Shown here in pieces: positions 26,193 to 37,916 of a DNA stretch of 64,000 nucleotides. Within the stretch, counting starts at the first letter, position 1, and every line of letters begins with the position of its first letter. The DNA lies in the NCBI GenBank assembly GCA_003344405.1, contig NOWV01000137.1, positions 1 through 64,000 of the forward strand, read 5' to 3'. Under the pieces are notes generated by a model. That model searched no databases and had not been told where the DNA came from. It worked only from the letters and a program-made list of their open reading frames with translations. Position numbers and translations under genes: made by a program. The stretch is from Trichoplax sp. H2 (lineage: Eukaryota).

Positions 26193-28633
26193 TATGGGTC
26201 GCCAATTACAGCGCATAGGTATTACCAACGCTCATTTCTTTAATAATAAATATGATTCCAGTAAACAGTGTTACTATAGTTGATTGCCATTTTATAATTT
26301 ATTATCACTTGCATTATCATAGTATATATTTTGGAAAACCTACTTCAAAGTATATCTGGTAAACTTTTATAGGCTCTATAAAGCAGTACTTTAGAAGATT
26401 TAATAATGTAATGTAATGGAGACTAATTTTCTTCAAAATATACGTGGTTATATTGGAATTAGCTATAATCCGCTTAATCCATTGCATTAATTTAACAATT
26501 TGGTCGCTCTATTGCTGCTTTTCTATCCATACATTTCATATTTTTAATTCAATTTTGATTGTATTTTAATTAATCTATAGTACATTAATAAATGCGAGTT
26601 AGATGTACATATTAGTATCTCAATTTCTACATGATCTCGTCTCGGTATTATTCAATTTTACATAACTGACCATGTCCTCTTGTTTTATCTATATTTAAGT
26701 ATTTTACGATCCATACATAATTAATTACTTATACCAGGAGAATAAATCAAATATTTATACAATTTCTCCTTACGTACTTTCTTTGCAACTTTAAACTATT
26801 GTGCATCGTAGTAAAATAGCAAACCCATGAAAACATCGATTAAGCTGGGCACATTGGACTGTAGTGAGACCGAGATATAGCCAGATAAGCGAATACTCGT
26901 TGCGATAGCTTAGACTAACGTTTGGGATATGATCTAGTGGATAGCAAGGCATGCTACCGGTACCGTATAACAGCTATTTAGTTCAGAATGCAAATCGTGT
27001 ATAAATATGTAAGAAGATTGCATGCTATGATCCGGGCGATATACCTTACACCCTTTAATTCAAATATTTTACAGCAAACTATACATACAACCGATTCCTT
27101 TTCATTCCAGCTGATCGTCATTCAAATCTAATTTACATGGAAATGGATGCTATCGAAGAATACTTGTATATCGGATAGGTGGATCAATTAATTATATTAT
27201 CGAACACATTCATGCATAGTACTAAAGGTATTCTATGGCACTACTGCTGCTAAGCAGTTTGTAGTGGAGTGCAATACACAAGTATTGCATAACAAGCAAT
27301 AAACTGGACTGTATACTATTATTCGTCTTATTCTAAATTAAATCACCGTGTGAGATAGGCTAATTAACGTATTAACAATTTCAAGTCAGGGTATATTCTG
27401 TACTTACCAATATTTAAGCCTGATTTCCTGCTCCGCTTTCTACATTATAAAAGCAATTTTAAAGCAACTAACTAGTTAGTTCTACAAGTTACTGTACACA
27501 GTAAACTGGTATGCTTTGCCTACAGTATTCTAATTTATCATAGTTATTCAACTATTATGGATCATGTGGTTTATCTACTATGTAACCTCAAAAGATTTAC
27601 CCACAAACACAAACCTCAATGGAGAAACGTCAAAGTTACATCATTTTATCCCAACTCTCCTTTTGCAAAGCATTTCAAGATTATCCGATTCAACTCTAAT
27701 TAGCTTATTGCAGGCATCATAATTCTATTGAAACGCACCATCCATAATAGTATTGCGCTACTTTAAAGAACTTGCTTATTAAGTAACTGCCGACTATGCC
27801 ATTCCTACGTGCCTACGTGATTATACGCATGCATATTTATATTAATGTGAAGTAGAATATAAAAAGATAATTATACAATGGATATTCTCTAGTTTAAAGA
27901 AATAACCTCCAAAATTAAGAATATTACACGGCGGAAATATCGTCATCCTACGTAATTAGAATCCACTAAGTGCTGCTTAGCAGGCGCCATAATATTAAAT
28001 AATTTTCTTGTATTAGTATGTTGTCGTGACATTTATATGTTCGAATTTTCTAGCTTACAGTACATAAACGTATGTTTCATATATGCACAGATATAATCCT
28101 GAATAAATCAGATATGGAAAGTATGATAAACGCTATGCAAAGTACACGTACTATTTTGTGAACCCATAAGCAATAATTTTTACAAGTATGCAACTACTAA
28201 AACAAGTATATAATGACATAGCAATTTCTACATAAACCTTGTAAAAATAGTTTCTATTAAGTTTCGGCATGCAAAATAGAATATATCACCATTACACATG
28301 CAATAAAATTTGAAGTGTTTACACTTCTTGTCAAGGTAAAAAACAATTATAAAATGGAAAGGCGTTATAGTATTCATTTAGAGTACACTTTTCTTCATGC
28401 AAAATAAAAATATAGTTCTATCTATACCAATTCACGTAAAGCAGGTATTTTATATATCGATAGGTTTAGCAGAATCCACTGCAGCTCCATTATGTTATCG
28501 ATAGTAATTTTCTATAGAATGAAGTTCATCGAAACAGCCATCACATTTTAGGCGACACCAGAAACTGCGGAGTCATTTTGGCTACAACACTAAATCATGG
28601 TAAACCATAATTGGAATAATATGCTACGAATGT

Positions 28634-29755
28634 TTAATAGTCAGCTTGCATTAAATGGGTTACCTCCCGGTCTGCTATATCATCTACTTTTTTACATCCG
28701 AGTTCGGAAAAACTTTTACGGCACCTATCAGCATTGACGATATGAATTTGAGAGTAGATCAATTTAATAAGATCATTTTTACGCTCTGGCTTATCGAGGG
28801 TTGACACTTCATGATCTTTCAATTTCTTAGTAAGGCTGGCATCAATGCATTGCAGAACATGGGTCATGTCCAACGGGAGGAAAGGGACGAAAGAGCTGAC
28901 TAAACAATGCTTAACAAATTCGGACGAAGCGAAACCCGTACGCGATGTAGAATCGTCGGCCGATGTACCACGGTAACTGATTTTTCTAATGATATCATAA
29001 AAATTTTCTGAATCGAAATCGTCAACCTCGGTTTTTACTGTAAACTGTCTGCAAGCTTCTTCGTTGATTTCTCGAGAGGCATAATTACTGGTGAATATAA
29101 ATATGGTATTTGCAAAGCTGACATTATCCACGCTACTTTCGTCGAAATACGGAGATAAAGCATCGATGACTCCAGCTTCCAGTTTATCCACTTCTTCGAA
29201 TAGTACTAGTGGCCTAGTACGCGATTGCACAAATCTCTTGATTTCTGTCTTGAGTTTGTGTTTCTTACCGTCCATATTAAGATTAGTTAGGAAATCTTTC
29301 AGATGAATACGACGAACATATGAGCTACTTAGACCATTTTTATATAATACTTTAGCAAGTAACTTGGCAACCAAAGTTTTGCCAGTACCAGCGCCACCAT
29401 GAAAAGAGAGAACTAAAGCTTTTTTCGACGTTTTCTTTGAAATTCTCACTAAATGGCTAGTTAGCATATTCCTGATGATTTTCAAAGCAAGATCTTGTCC
29501 GAAAACATGCTGCTTCCATTCCTTAGTCAACTTTGCCTTGAAAATGTTGGGATCGTGGATAGCCCACTCGGCATTATCGCATTCCTTGAATTGGCAATAT
29601 ACATATTCTCCAACTTTGTAAGTAAAAGGAATCGCAACACTCCCTCCAACTAACGCAGCTGTAAAAAATTCGCTGTTAACTTGAACGAAGTAATTAGCTG
29701 CTAGTAATAGAAGACCAAGGTTGCAAGAGAAAATGAGTGATCGAGAAAGGTGCAT
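28634..29755 (-). CDS. Torsin-family AAA+ ATPase, single exon
   Basis: 373-aa ORF with signal peptide and hydrophobic segment, YCQFKEC, HVFGQDLA, KALVLSFHGGAGTGKT, LFEEVDKL, TIFIFTSN, FVPFLPL...HV.QCI and the C-terminal GCK motif. Confidence 0.93.
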   Translation of the reverse strand: MHLSRSLIFSCNLGLLLLAANYFVQVNSEFFTAALVGGSVAIPFTYKVGEYVYCQFKECDNAEWAIHDPNIFKAKLTKEWKQHVFGQDLALKIIRNMLTSHLVRISKKTSKKALVLSFHGGAGTGKTLVAKLLAKVLYKNGLSSSYVRRIHLKDFLTNLNMDGKKHKLKTEIKRFVQSRTRPLVLFEEVDKLEAGVIDALSPYFDESSVDNVSFANTIFIFTSNYASREINEEACRQFTVKTEVDDFDSENFYDIIRKISYRGTSADDSTSRTGFASSEFVKHCLVSSFVPFLPLDMTHVLQCIDASLTKKLKDHEVSTLDKPERKNDLIKLIYSQIHIVNADRCRKSFSELGCKKVDDIADREVTHLMQADY

Positions 29756-30063
29756 TCTACTTTCCTTGTTTGCATTCGCTATTGATGCTGTATCTGCGTA
29801 TTTTAAGCATTAGGATAAATAAATTATATAATTATTGGTAGCCTTGACCACTAATAGCGTATTCGCTTTTGAGCAAGTATTACAAACTGGTTATTATACC
29901 GTACTAATATTAACTTGTAATCTGCCTTAAGCCGTCAACAAATGCCGGGAAAACTATTACCTTAACAGCTCATTATGAACATCCATGACCAGTAGACGTT
30001 TGTATACAGTAAACTGTCAGTAGTTGCCAAGATTGGCGCCACTTACTACCCTATCTAAACTTA

Positions 30064-30530
30064 ACATTTCTTACTATCTATGATTGCAGGCTCGTACGAA
30101 TTAACATACTGTACGTCAACTTTTTACGCGTCGATTATTTCTATCGGCTCCACTGAAAACTAGTGAACAATATAGCTATTGCAATGACAGTTTATGGTTA
30201 ACATCAACTACGGTGCTTAGACAATTTAGTTTAGTACAGTATCCATTGGATATGTGTAGATTAATTATTTGACTTGTTACCCTACCTAAGGATACTTTTC
30301 TTACATTATTTACTTTCTATGATTGCAGGCTCATACGAATTAACCTGCTTCAATTTAGATTTTTTCAGTACAGCCATTGCATTGGCAGTTCATGGTTAAT
30401 ATCAACTACAGTAGTTGGACAATTTCGTACAGTATCCATTGCATACGTGTAAATTAATCATTTTACTTATTACCATACCTAAGGTTACTTTTATTTTCGT
30501 TCTATCGATTGGCTGTAGGCTTGTACAAAC
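30064..30530. repeat. Degenerate tandem duplication (~190-240 bp unit, two copies plus a partial third)
   Basis: Blocks tctatgattgcaggctc-tacgaattaac, cagtt-atggttaa-atcaactac, gtacagtatccattg and tacctaagg each recur at ~30075-30295 and ~30315-30490. Confidence 0.8.
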
Positions 30531-30939
30531 ACGATCACTTCTTCCAACGAAATGGACGAATAAACGAATCCACATGAAGGAATCTGTTTAAGCGGTGGAC
30601 AATTGATGATGCTGTATCATACCGCGATACCGGTGCACAGTACGTTACCGTCTGTACCTCTGTACGTCCGTAGGGTCTCCATTATAGTACTAAGTACTGT
30701 ACTGTCAGGGACTTTTCCTCTCGTGTCGCTTACCGATGATTTACAGTATAGTACCATGGACTAATACTGTATTAGTAACTTTAACACAATTTATGTAAAT
30801 TTAAATAACATATTTACATAAAGCGTCTTATTTGCAATAGACTGATACAAAATTTGTCTAATTTAGTATTGAAATTGTGCTTTCATATAACTTCAATCGT
30901 CGTAGATTTTTTATGAGACATCTGGTAAGATTTTATGGT

Positions 30940-31035
30940 CCTATACAGTACAGTAAAGTACAGTACTGTACAGTACAATCTGACCCTAGTGTGTACTGTA
31001 CAGTACAGTACAATACTGCACTGTAAATACTGTAG
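30940..31035. repeat. TACAG/CTGTA self-complementary array upstream of neurochondrin
   Basis: Palindromes GTACAGTACTGTAC (30958-30971) and TGTACTGTACAGTACA (30992-31007). Confidence 0.75.
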
Positions 31036-31144
31036 ACTGGATTTGCTGCTGCTCTCACAGGCAGCTAGAAAAGCGGTCGCAACTGAAGGCATCAGCGATT
31101 GATTGAAATGAATTGCAAATCCGAAATATCGACTACCATGCAAA

Positions 31145-34100
31145 ATGAATGAAAATCAACAATCCGACGACGCTTTCCTGAACTGTATTGATTTATTACA
31201 AGCATCGGATAATGATAGCCAAAAATTCGCTGCTCTCTTACTGGTATGTTGACGATAACTATCAAGTCAAAAGGATAAGTCGCTACTTTCAATCATACGA
31301 GTGTTGAGCTAAATAAGCGCCTAGTATTGTTTGTAAACTACAGAGCATTTTGTAGTGGGCCACCGTGGTAGATGGAGGGCTCAATCTTATCAATTGCATT
31401 TTAAATGCCTAAAATTCAATCAGTATATGCATCGAGTCAGATAGGATACAAACATCAACTCTCTCATGTTATTGGAGACTATAGTCATGAATAATATTTC
31501 ATCACCGTAAAAGGTAGTGCTTTTGCTAGTATGATAACGGCTAAGGATCGAAGCCTATGTAGCAGACATGATCCAACGACTCTATCGATGTGCGTTGGAA
31601 AAGTTAGCATTTCAGGACCAACATTTTATTTTGTAAGCTAATTTTCAACAACTGAGTTGATAACGATTTATTTTGAAAGGTTACAAAGTTGATACAATCA
31701 GAAAATTTGAATCTTGAGAGCAAGAGAAGACTCTTTTCTGCCATTGGAGTAAACTTTATTATTCGCCTGCTAAAGTCTGGTAAGAACTGCAGATAGCTTA
31801 TCGCTGTTGGAGCATTCATTTGTCAATTCTGATAGATTAATAGTCTGTTAAGTGTTAAGCTAATCCTAGATACAAAGTACATCATACACAAATATGCAAA
31901 CAGCTTGATAAAAACAATAGAACGTCTGCAATAAATAGCTTGAATAGGATGCTCAAATGATTCTATATTTAAATGCAAAGCGAAATCATCCGTTATAATT
32001 ATTTATAAACAATATTATTTAAATGTGCGCTTGCAGCTCAAGTTCCATCAGGATGTGATCCAAATATATTTAAGACCTTGGCTGTCACTGTTTTATCCGC
32101 TTTTTGCGATGACGAAGCCATTGTAAGTTAAATTGATGAAATTTCAGCTGCTGCAATCTACATGATGCTGCTGCGTGTATATTATCACAACCATGGACGA
32201 CTATATGTAATTTAGTAGTCTCATGTCACGAGCAATCTGTATCAATGTATCTAATTTGTTCATAATCCAATTGATCTATAGGTGAAAATTAATAAATAAG
32301 GGAATGATACTAATTTCTATTTGGTAGACCACTTCGCGTAGATTGTAGTTATAATTTAAAGCTCTTTGTATGCATGACTACTCGCAGTTACAATTATGTA
32401 ATGTAAATATTCATTTCTTTATTAGGTTACTGATTCAAGTATGGAGGAGTGTTTGCACCACGTTTTGCACATTGTGGAAAGGTAAAAAATGAATTCAATA
32501 AAATCAATCTGCTGTATTTACACCAAGAATCCTTAATACCTTATAGTTTCACGTTAACATTTTTTTTGGAAGTACTTCGCAAGGCTTCCAGTCACAAGCT
32601 GAATGCTATCAATGTTTACATGCTGCTTCATCATATCAAGTTGGGCGTCAGTATTTACTGAAACTTAACGCTATAGAGACGCTGTCAAGGATCGTTACTA
32701 AATGTGAAACTATCAGTGGTGAGTGTAATACCACAACAATTACATAGGCAACTATTCGCTAACACATAGAACGAGCATCGCAATATGATCAGAAATTCAG
32801 CTTTTAGTCAATGGTAATTAGGGCTCATGGTCAAATTGTGATTTTTTCCAATGCTACCTAGAGTCTGAATCACCTCTTCAAATTCTCCTTAATCTGTTAC
32901 ACGACTGCAATTTATCTCTGCCCGAACAGAAAGCTTCAGTTACCTCTCTATTAGAATTTTCAAGTCATCAATTTGCTACAAACCACGTATGAATAAGAAA
33001 CATTTACTATTGCTATTGCTATTAAGACGTCCTACTATTCTTTCCAAGCTAACATATATTCATGAATCTAAAATAGGAAAATGAGAAATTTGTTATCTGT
33101 CGAAAGATATCTGCCATTTTGCTAGCAACGAAGGTAATTCTGTAATTTCGTTATATCCTCGTTACTAGATAATCTTAAAATATTACTACATCGACTGCTA
33201 TAGTGACTTACTTGTGACAATGGTTGTGCTTTATTAGTCGTTTAATGAAAATTATTTGAAGAGAGAAATAGCACAGGGAAGCATTTGGATAATTGATCAT
33301 TTTATTTAATATAACGAACAGGGCTGCCAAGATATTCTGGGGCAATCATCCATAAAGTGTATTAGGCAAGGATTGTGGGATATCTTAAGAAGTAGAGTAG
33401 GTATGACTATTAATACGTCTTGATATAGCATTTCAATGTAGGAAAAAGGCGTCTAAAACTCCTGAATTTATATGCAGGTGCGAAGCATCGGGAGCCAACG
33501 TTTGAGCTATGTGCTGAAATGATCCGAAAAATGCAATTTATTTGGATTAAAAGTGACGATTTGCAATATACGTATGTTTTAGGGTTAAGATTAGAGTTTA
33601 CATTGATTGCAGAAATTTATCTACTGAAAATATAAAGTTTCTAAAAATGCATATAAAGGTCAAATGATTTACTACGGCGTTGTTGCTTAGGGAAGAAGAT
33701 ATCAAAATGTTACTGATATTAGTTAACCTAAGCTGTGTGGTAAGGCCAACGTTGCTACTTCTTATGCTTTAATATTGGGTAAACGATAACGCATTTAAGA
33801 ACTTATATGATATATCTTACAATTGATGTAGGAAGTGCAAGTGCAGTTAAAAACTAACGCCCCTGGACAAGTAATTTATTTGTCACTAATCTATTACTTC
33901 ATTAGAATATGTATTGCATTACTGACAAGCCCAATGTTTTTGGCGCTGTAGCTCTTTCTAGATACTTGTATATTATCTAGCTGTTTCTTCATAATCGAGT
34001 CCTTCATCTCGTGTATTTCTAGCCCAACCGGTAGATAGGAACAGTATTTGCATTGATGTCTTATTAATTTTCGAAAGTAATTCAATAATCTTTGCTGGTA

Positions 34101-36754
34101 TTATCTCAAGGGTTTCTAATATTTCTAACCATCTAGATATCGCTAAACAAGTCACTAATGATCATATTATGTATTTACGGCCGATGCTAAATGAGACATT
34201 CATAAGTGTCACTGAATATGTTCAAATGATAACAATGGAGAAGAATTTCTTCAATGTTAGTACTTCATATAATCGTCTTAATAGAGGTTAATGTCTTGAA
34301 TTATACCGATTGTAATTGCAGTTTATTCTTACTGTTTCATTTGACGCTATTATTGTCAACTCTATTGCATTACATATAGAAGCCGGAGCCTTTGTTGATC
34401 GCTTGTCTTCGACTATTGGCAGCTTATTTAGCTGAAGATTCTTCATTATCCAATCGGATTTATGAAGTTTTACCCCATATCTTAAAAATATCGTAAGTAC
34501 CACAGCTTTATTGGACTGCATATTGAGATCGTGAATATACATACTCAAGATAAATCTTAGCCGTAGCAGACACTTTATGAGTTCTCTATATCTTATGATA
34601 TTTTGATACTTAAAGATGCTATTTCGATTTATTTTACAGTTACGTCGAATTTGATCAAGCGACAGCAGAAGGTTGGTATTATAACGATTGAATTGCTTTA
34701 TTTATTACAGGGAAACATGATATAGATAGATATAATATTGTCGTCATTTGTGTTTATACTAGGTAGTCTACTTGATGATTCGCGTGGAGCATTACTAATA
34801 CGTTTCTATTTGCCGGGCTTGTGTCATTTAACGGCTGAAGAAGATGCTTGTAAAATTATGGCGGATAATGGTGGGATTAGCTTTTTAACCAAATACTTTT
34901 TGAGAATGTATTCAGATTTTAGCAAGAAAAGGTAACCTGCAGTAGTAATGATTGATCAGTATAAGTACGATGTAGTAAAAAAATAGCAATAACATATTTT
35001 TTCATTTGTCGATATCTAAATGGCTACGTTGATGAAGATTACAACGAAATGACAAATCATGCGATATCGAGTTCTTTGAGGTTAGATGTGTTAAATGCAT
35101 GATAATATATGTCGTTATCATAGTTTGCTTTATATTTCTAGCACGATTTGCAGTATTGCCTGCGATATCTAAAGGCCATAGTTTTGTTGTTTTCAGACTA
35201 CTCTTAAGCTGTTGTGTGGCATTTTCTTGAATATTTCGTTGGTGTATCCGATTGCAATAAGGTCTTGCCCTGAATGTTCAGGAATGTTGACTACTATGCT
35301 TGTAAATAGTGATGTGGACGGTATGTGATAACTATCGCAGTTTTGTTATATTGCACTAAAATGTATGGGTATAGTATTAGTTAATTAATGGTTGAATGTT
35401 TTTATCCTTATTTTAGTTGATGCAGTGTCTACTACTGTAGCCATTAACATAACTGCTTTAAGTTTTGCTCTAATTGAGTGCAAGGCTAATGCAAAGGGTA
35501 AGTCGCAGAAAGTAAAGTATATTTACTTCAGCTACCTGATTACGTGTAAATGAATTGAAAATTTGTTATCCTTCATCATTATTAAATCAATAAAGGTGGC
35601 ATAGATATGATGCCAAATGATACTTTTAAAGCATCTTTAGCGAATAAATTAAATTTCATCGGTTTGGCAACCCCTAATGTTGTATTAAACAGCAATGATA
35701 GACCAAGCAATTGGGAAGAACATGTAGAACTTTGGACTGTTGTAAACAGAGGTATATTAAATAAAATAGTTAAATCGATACCTAATGATGTACGCCCTGC
35801 AATAAATCTGGAATGCTGTTTGCATGTATGATTTAATCTACTGGTTGTGATGATACTTTGCTAATGCATAACAAGATAGCAGATTTACTTAGCTTATGAT
35901 TAGTTTTATTAAATAAAATCCCGCAATTCACGTACTGTATATGTTATAGTGGCAATAGGGATCATATAGATTTCCAGTGTACATATATTCAAGTTAGTGA
36001 TTGTAATCTTGCTCTTTCGGATTTTAATAGCATTACTAGGAGTGCTTCGATTGAATGTAGACTATTACATGGAAATTGTCAATAAATCTACTTTTTTGCA
36101 ATCGGTCTATGACTGGACACAAGTCTTATCAGGTAATTATCGATTATTTGATTTGCTACTTTTATCTTTATTGCAGGTCCTTATATACTAACTCGGGTGT
36201 TTCTATTTTTAGTCAGTAACCACATCTATGAACAAAACAATTACATGATTGATTTACTACAAACTGTAGAAGAATTATTTATTTGTTGCATTCAATGTCG
36301 TCATGGATTGAGAACAATACAGAAAATGATTGAACCTAAATCTTGGGCTACAATGATTAGGTAAATAATACGTATAAAATGCTTAATTACAGATTTATTG
36401 GCTATCTACGGGTACTGCTAGTTATTCTAAACGTCAATCAGGGGAGTTATTGATGAAAAATAGTTATTTTTACCGTTTCTCATAATCCATGGTTATCTGA
36501 ATTGTCTTTGAAACTGGAAATTACTAAATTTCTTTACTTGCAATATTTACTTTTCTGCTCGAGCAGTAGTTGATCGGCTACATTTCATTGCATAGCACGC
36601 CAATGCCAATTTAGAGAAGCACGGTTGTAAATTGTATTTTTGTGAAGAGGTGTTTGAAACGTATTTACAATTTCTAGTAATCAGGTTTATGAACTTGATG
36701 ATGTCTCTATATCCTTAGGTATTCTGTTTAAATGATTTGTTCACTACTTTATGA
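31145..36754 (+). CDS. NCDN: Neurochondrin, multi-exon
   Basis: MNENQQSDDAFLNCIDLLQASDNDSQKFAALLL|VTKLIQSENLNLESKRRLFSAIGVNFIIRLLKS, FKTLAVTVLSAFCDD, IRQGLWDILRSRV, LLILVNLSCV|EVQVQL, RLSSTIGSYLAED, LIRFYLPGLCHLTAEE. Probable stop TGA at 36752-36754. Confidence 0.9.
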
Positions 36755-37916
36755 TAGGAATCTCAACATGGCCAGATTGAAAGATTACGTAGATATCACT
36801 CATGTAAATGTTGACTAAATACTCACCGTACTCTCTTTGAAAAATATATTGAGCTTTATGTGGACAGCTTCGTTTAGGATCGAACGGTATCAGTATCTAA
36901 AACTGTTTGTTGATGAGGCTATCATTGCGATTATTGATCGCTTCACTAGATAGACTGTATTTTTGTACACTTGGTGATTTGTGATTTCATTAGGTTCATT
37001 AAGAAATAAATTTGAATAACTTTTGTTTTATAATTCTACGGAAATTAATAAAAGTTGTTATGCATATCGAATGAAACGGTAATACGCACGTTTTGAACAA
37101 TTTATGTGTCATCCCCTTGTGAAAATTTGCCATGAGTTGGCCACATTATTAAGAAGATCAAGGTGACATTTTACAATAAAATTATTTCAATTACTCATCA
37201 TTTTTATTCCTGGAATACGCATACTTAAAACTTGATAATGTATTGAAATAAGCCATCACTATAATCACTTGTAATTGCACGTGGTTTGATAGGGAGGAGT
37301 GTTAATGCGCTTCAGAGTATAACAAATAGTATTGTATAGGCCACTTAAGAAATTTAATTGCTCGGCCTTAATGAAAAATGCTTATCTCTGAAACAACTAT
37401 AATTATATAATTAATATTCATTTATAGTGAAGAATGCATAAATACAGTACTGAATATGCATAGCTCTAACAATAACATTTTAATCTATTATAAAAGGTCA
37501 GGATAATCATGCGGAAATGTTTACATAAGCATGAAATTATCCCTTATTACATTAGCCAGAACGTTAAAATTGTTTAATTAAGTTGATACCTTTGTCTTAA
37601 ACAATTATTCCTGTAAGGGTGGAGCAATAGGGTGGGTTGTACTGAAGTTATCATTAAGCAGAAACCGCGATCAATTATCGTTCATAACTCCTGTTCACTT
37701 ATCGCAGTGGATCGGTAGGAAATTGCTATTAGAAGAATTAGGTGTCGGACAGTTTTCAAGTTATCAATAATTTGAATTAGCTTCTACGTTGACAAGATCA
37801 TTTCTTCAGTGGCTATTGATATTAAAATTCATTGAAAGCCATAATCCTATTTTTGCTATATCGTATTATCTTGCACACTTTATTACCAGTGAAAAATAGT
37901 TGGTAACTGAAGAATT

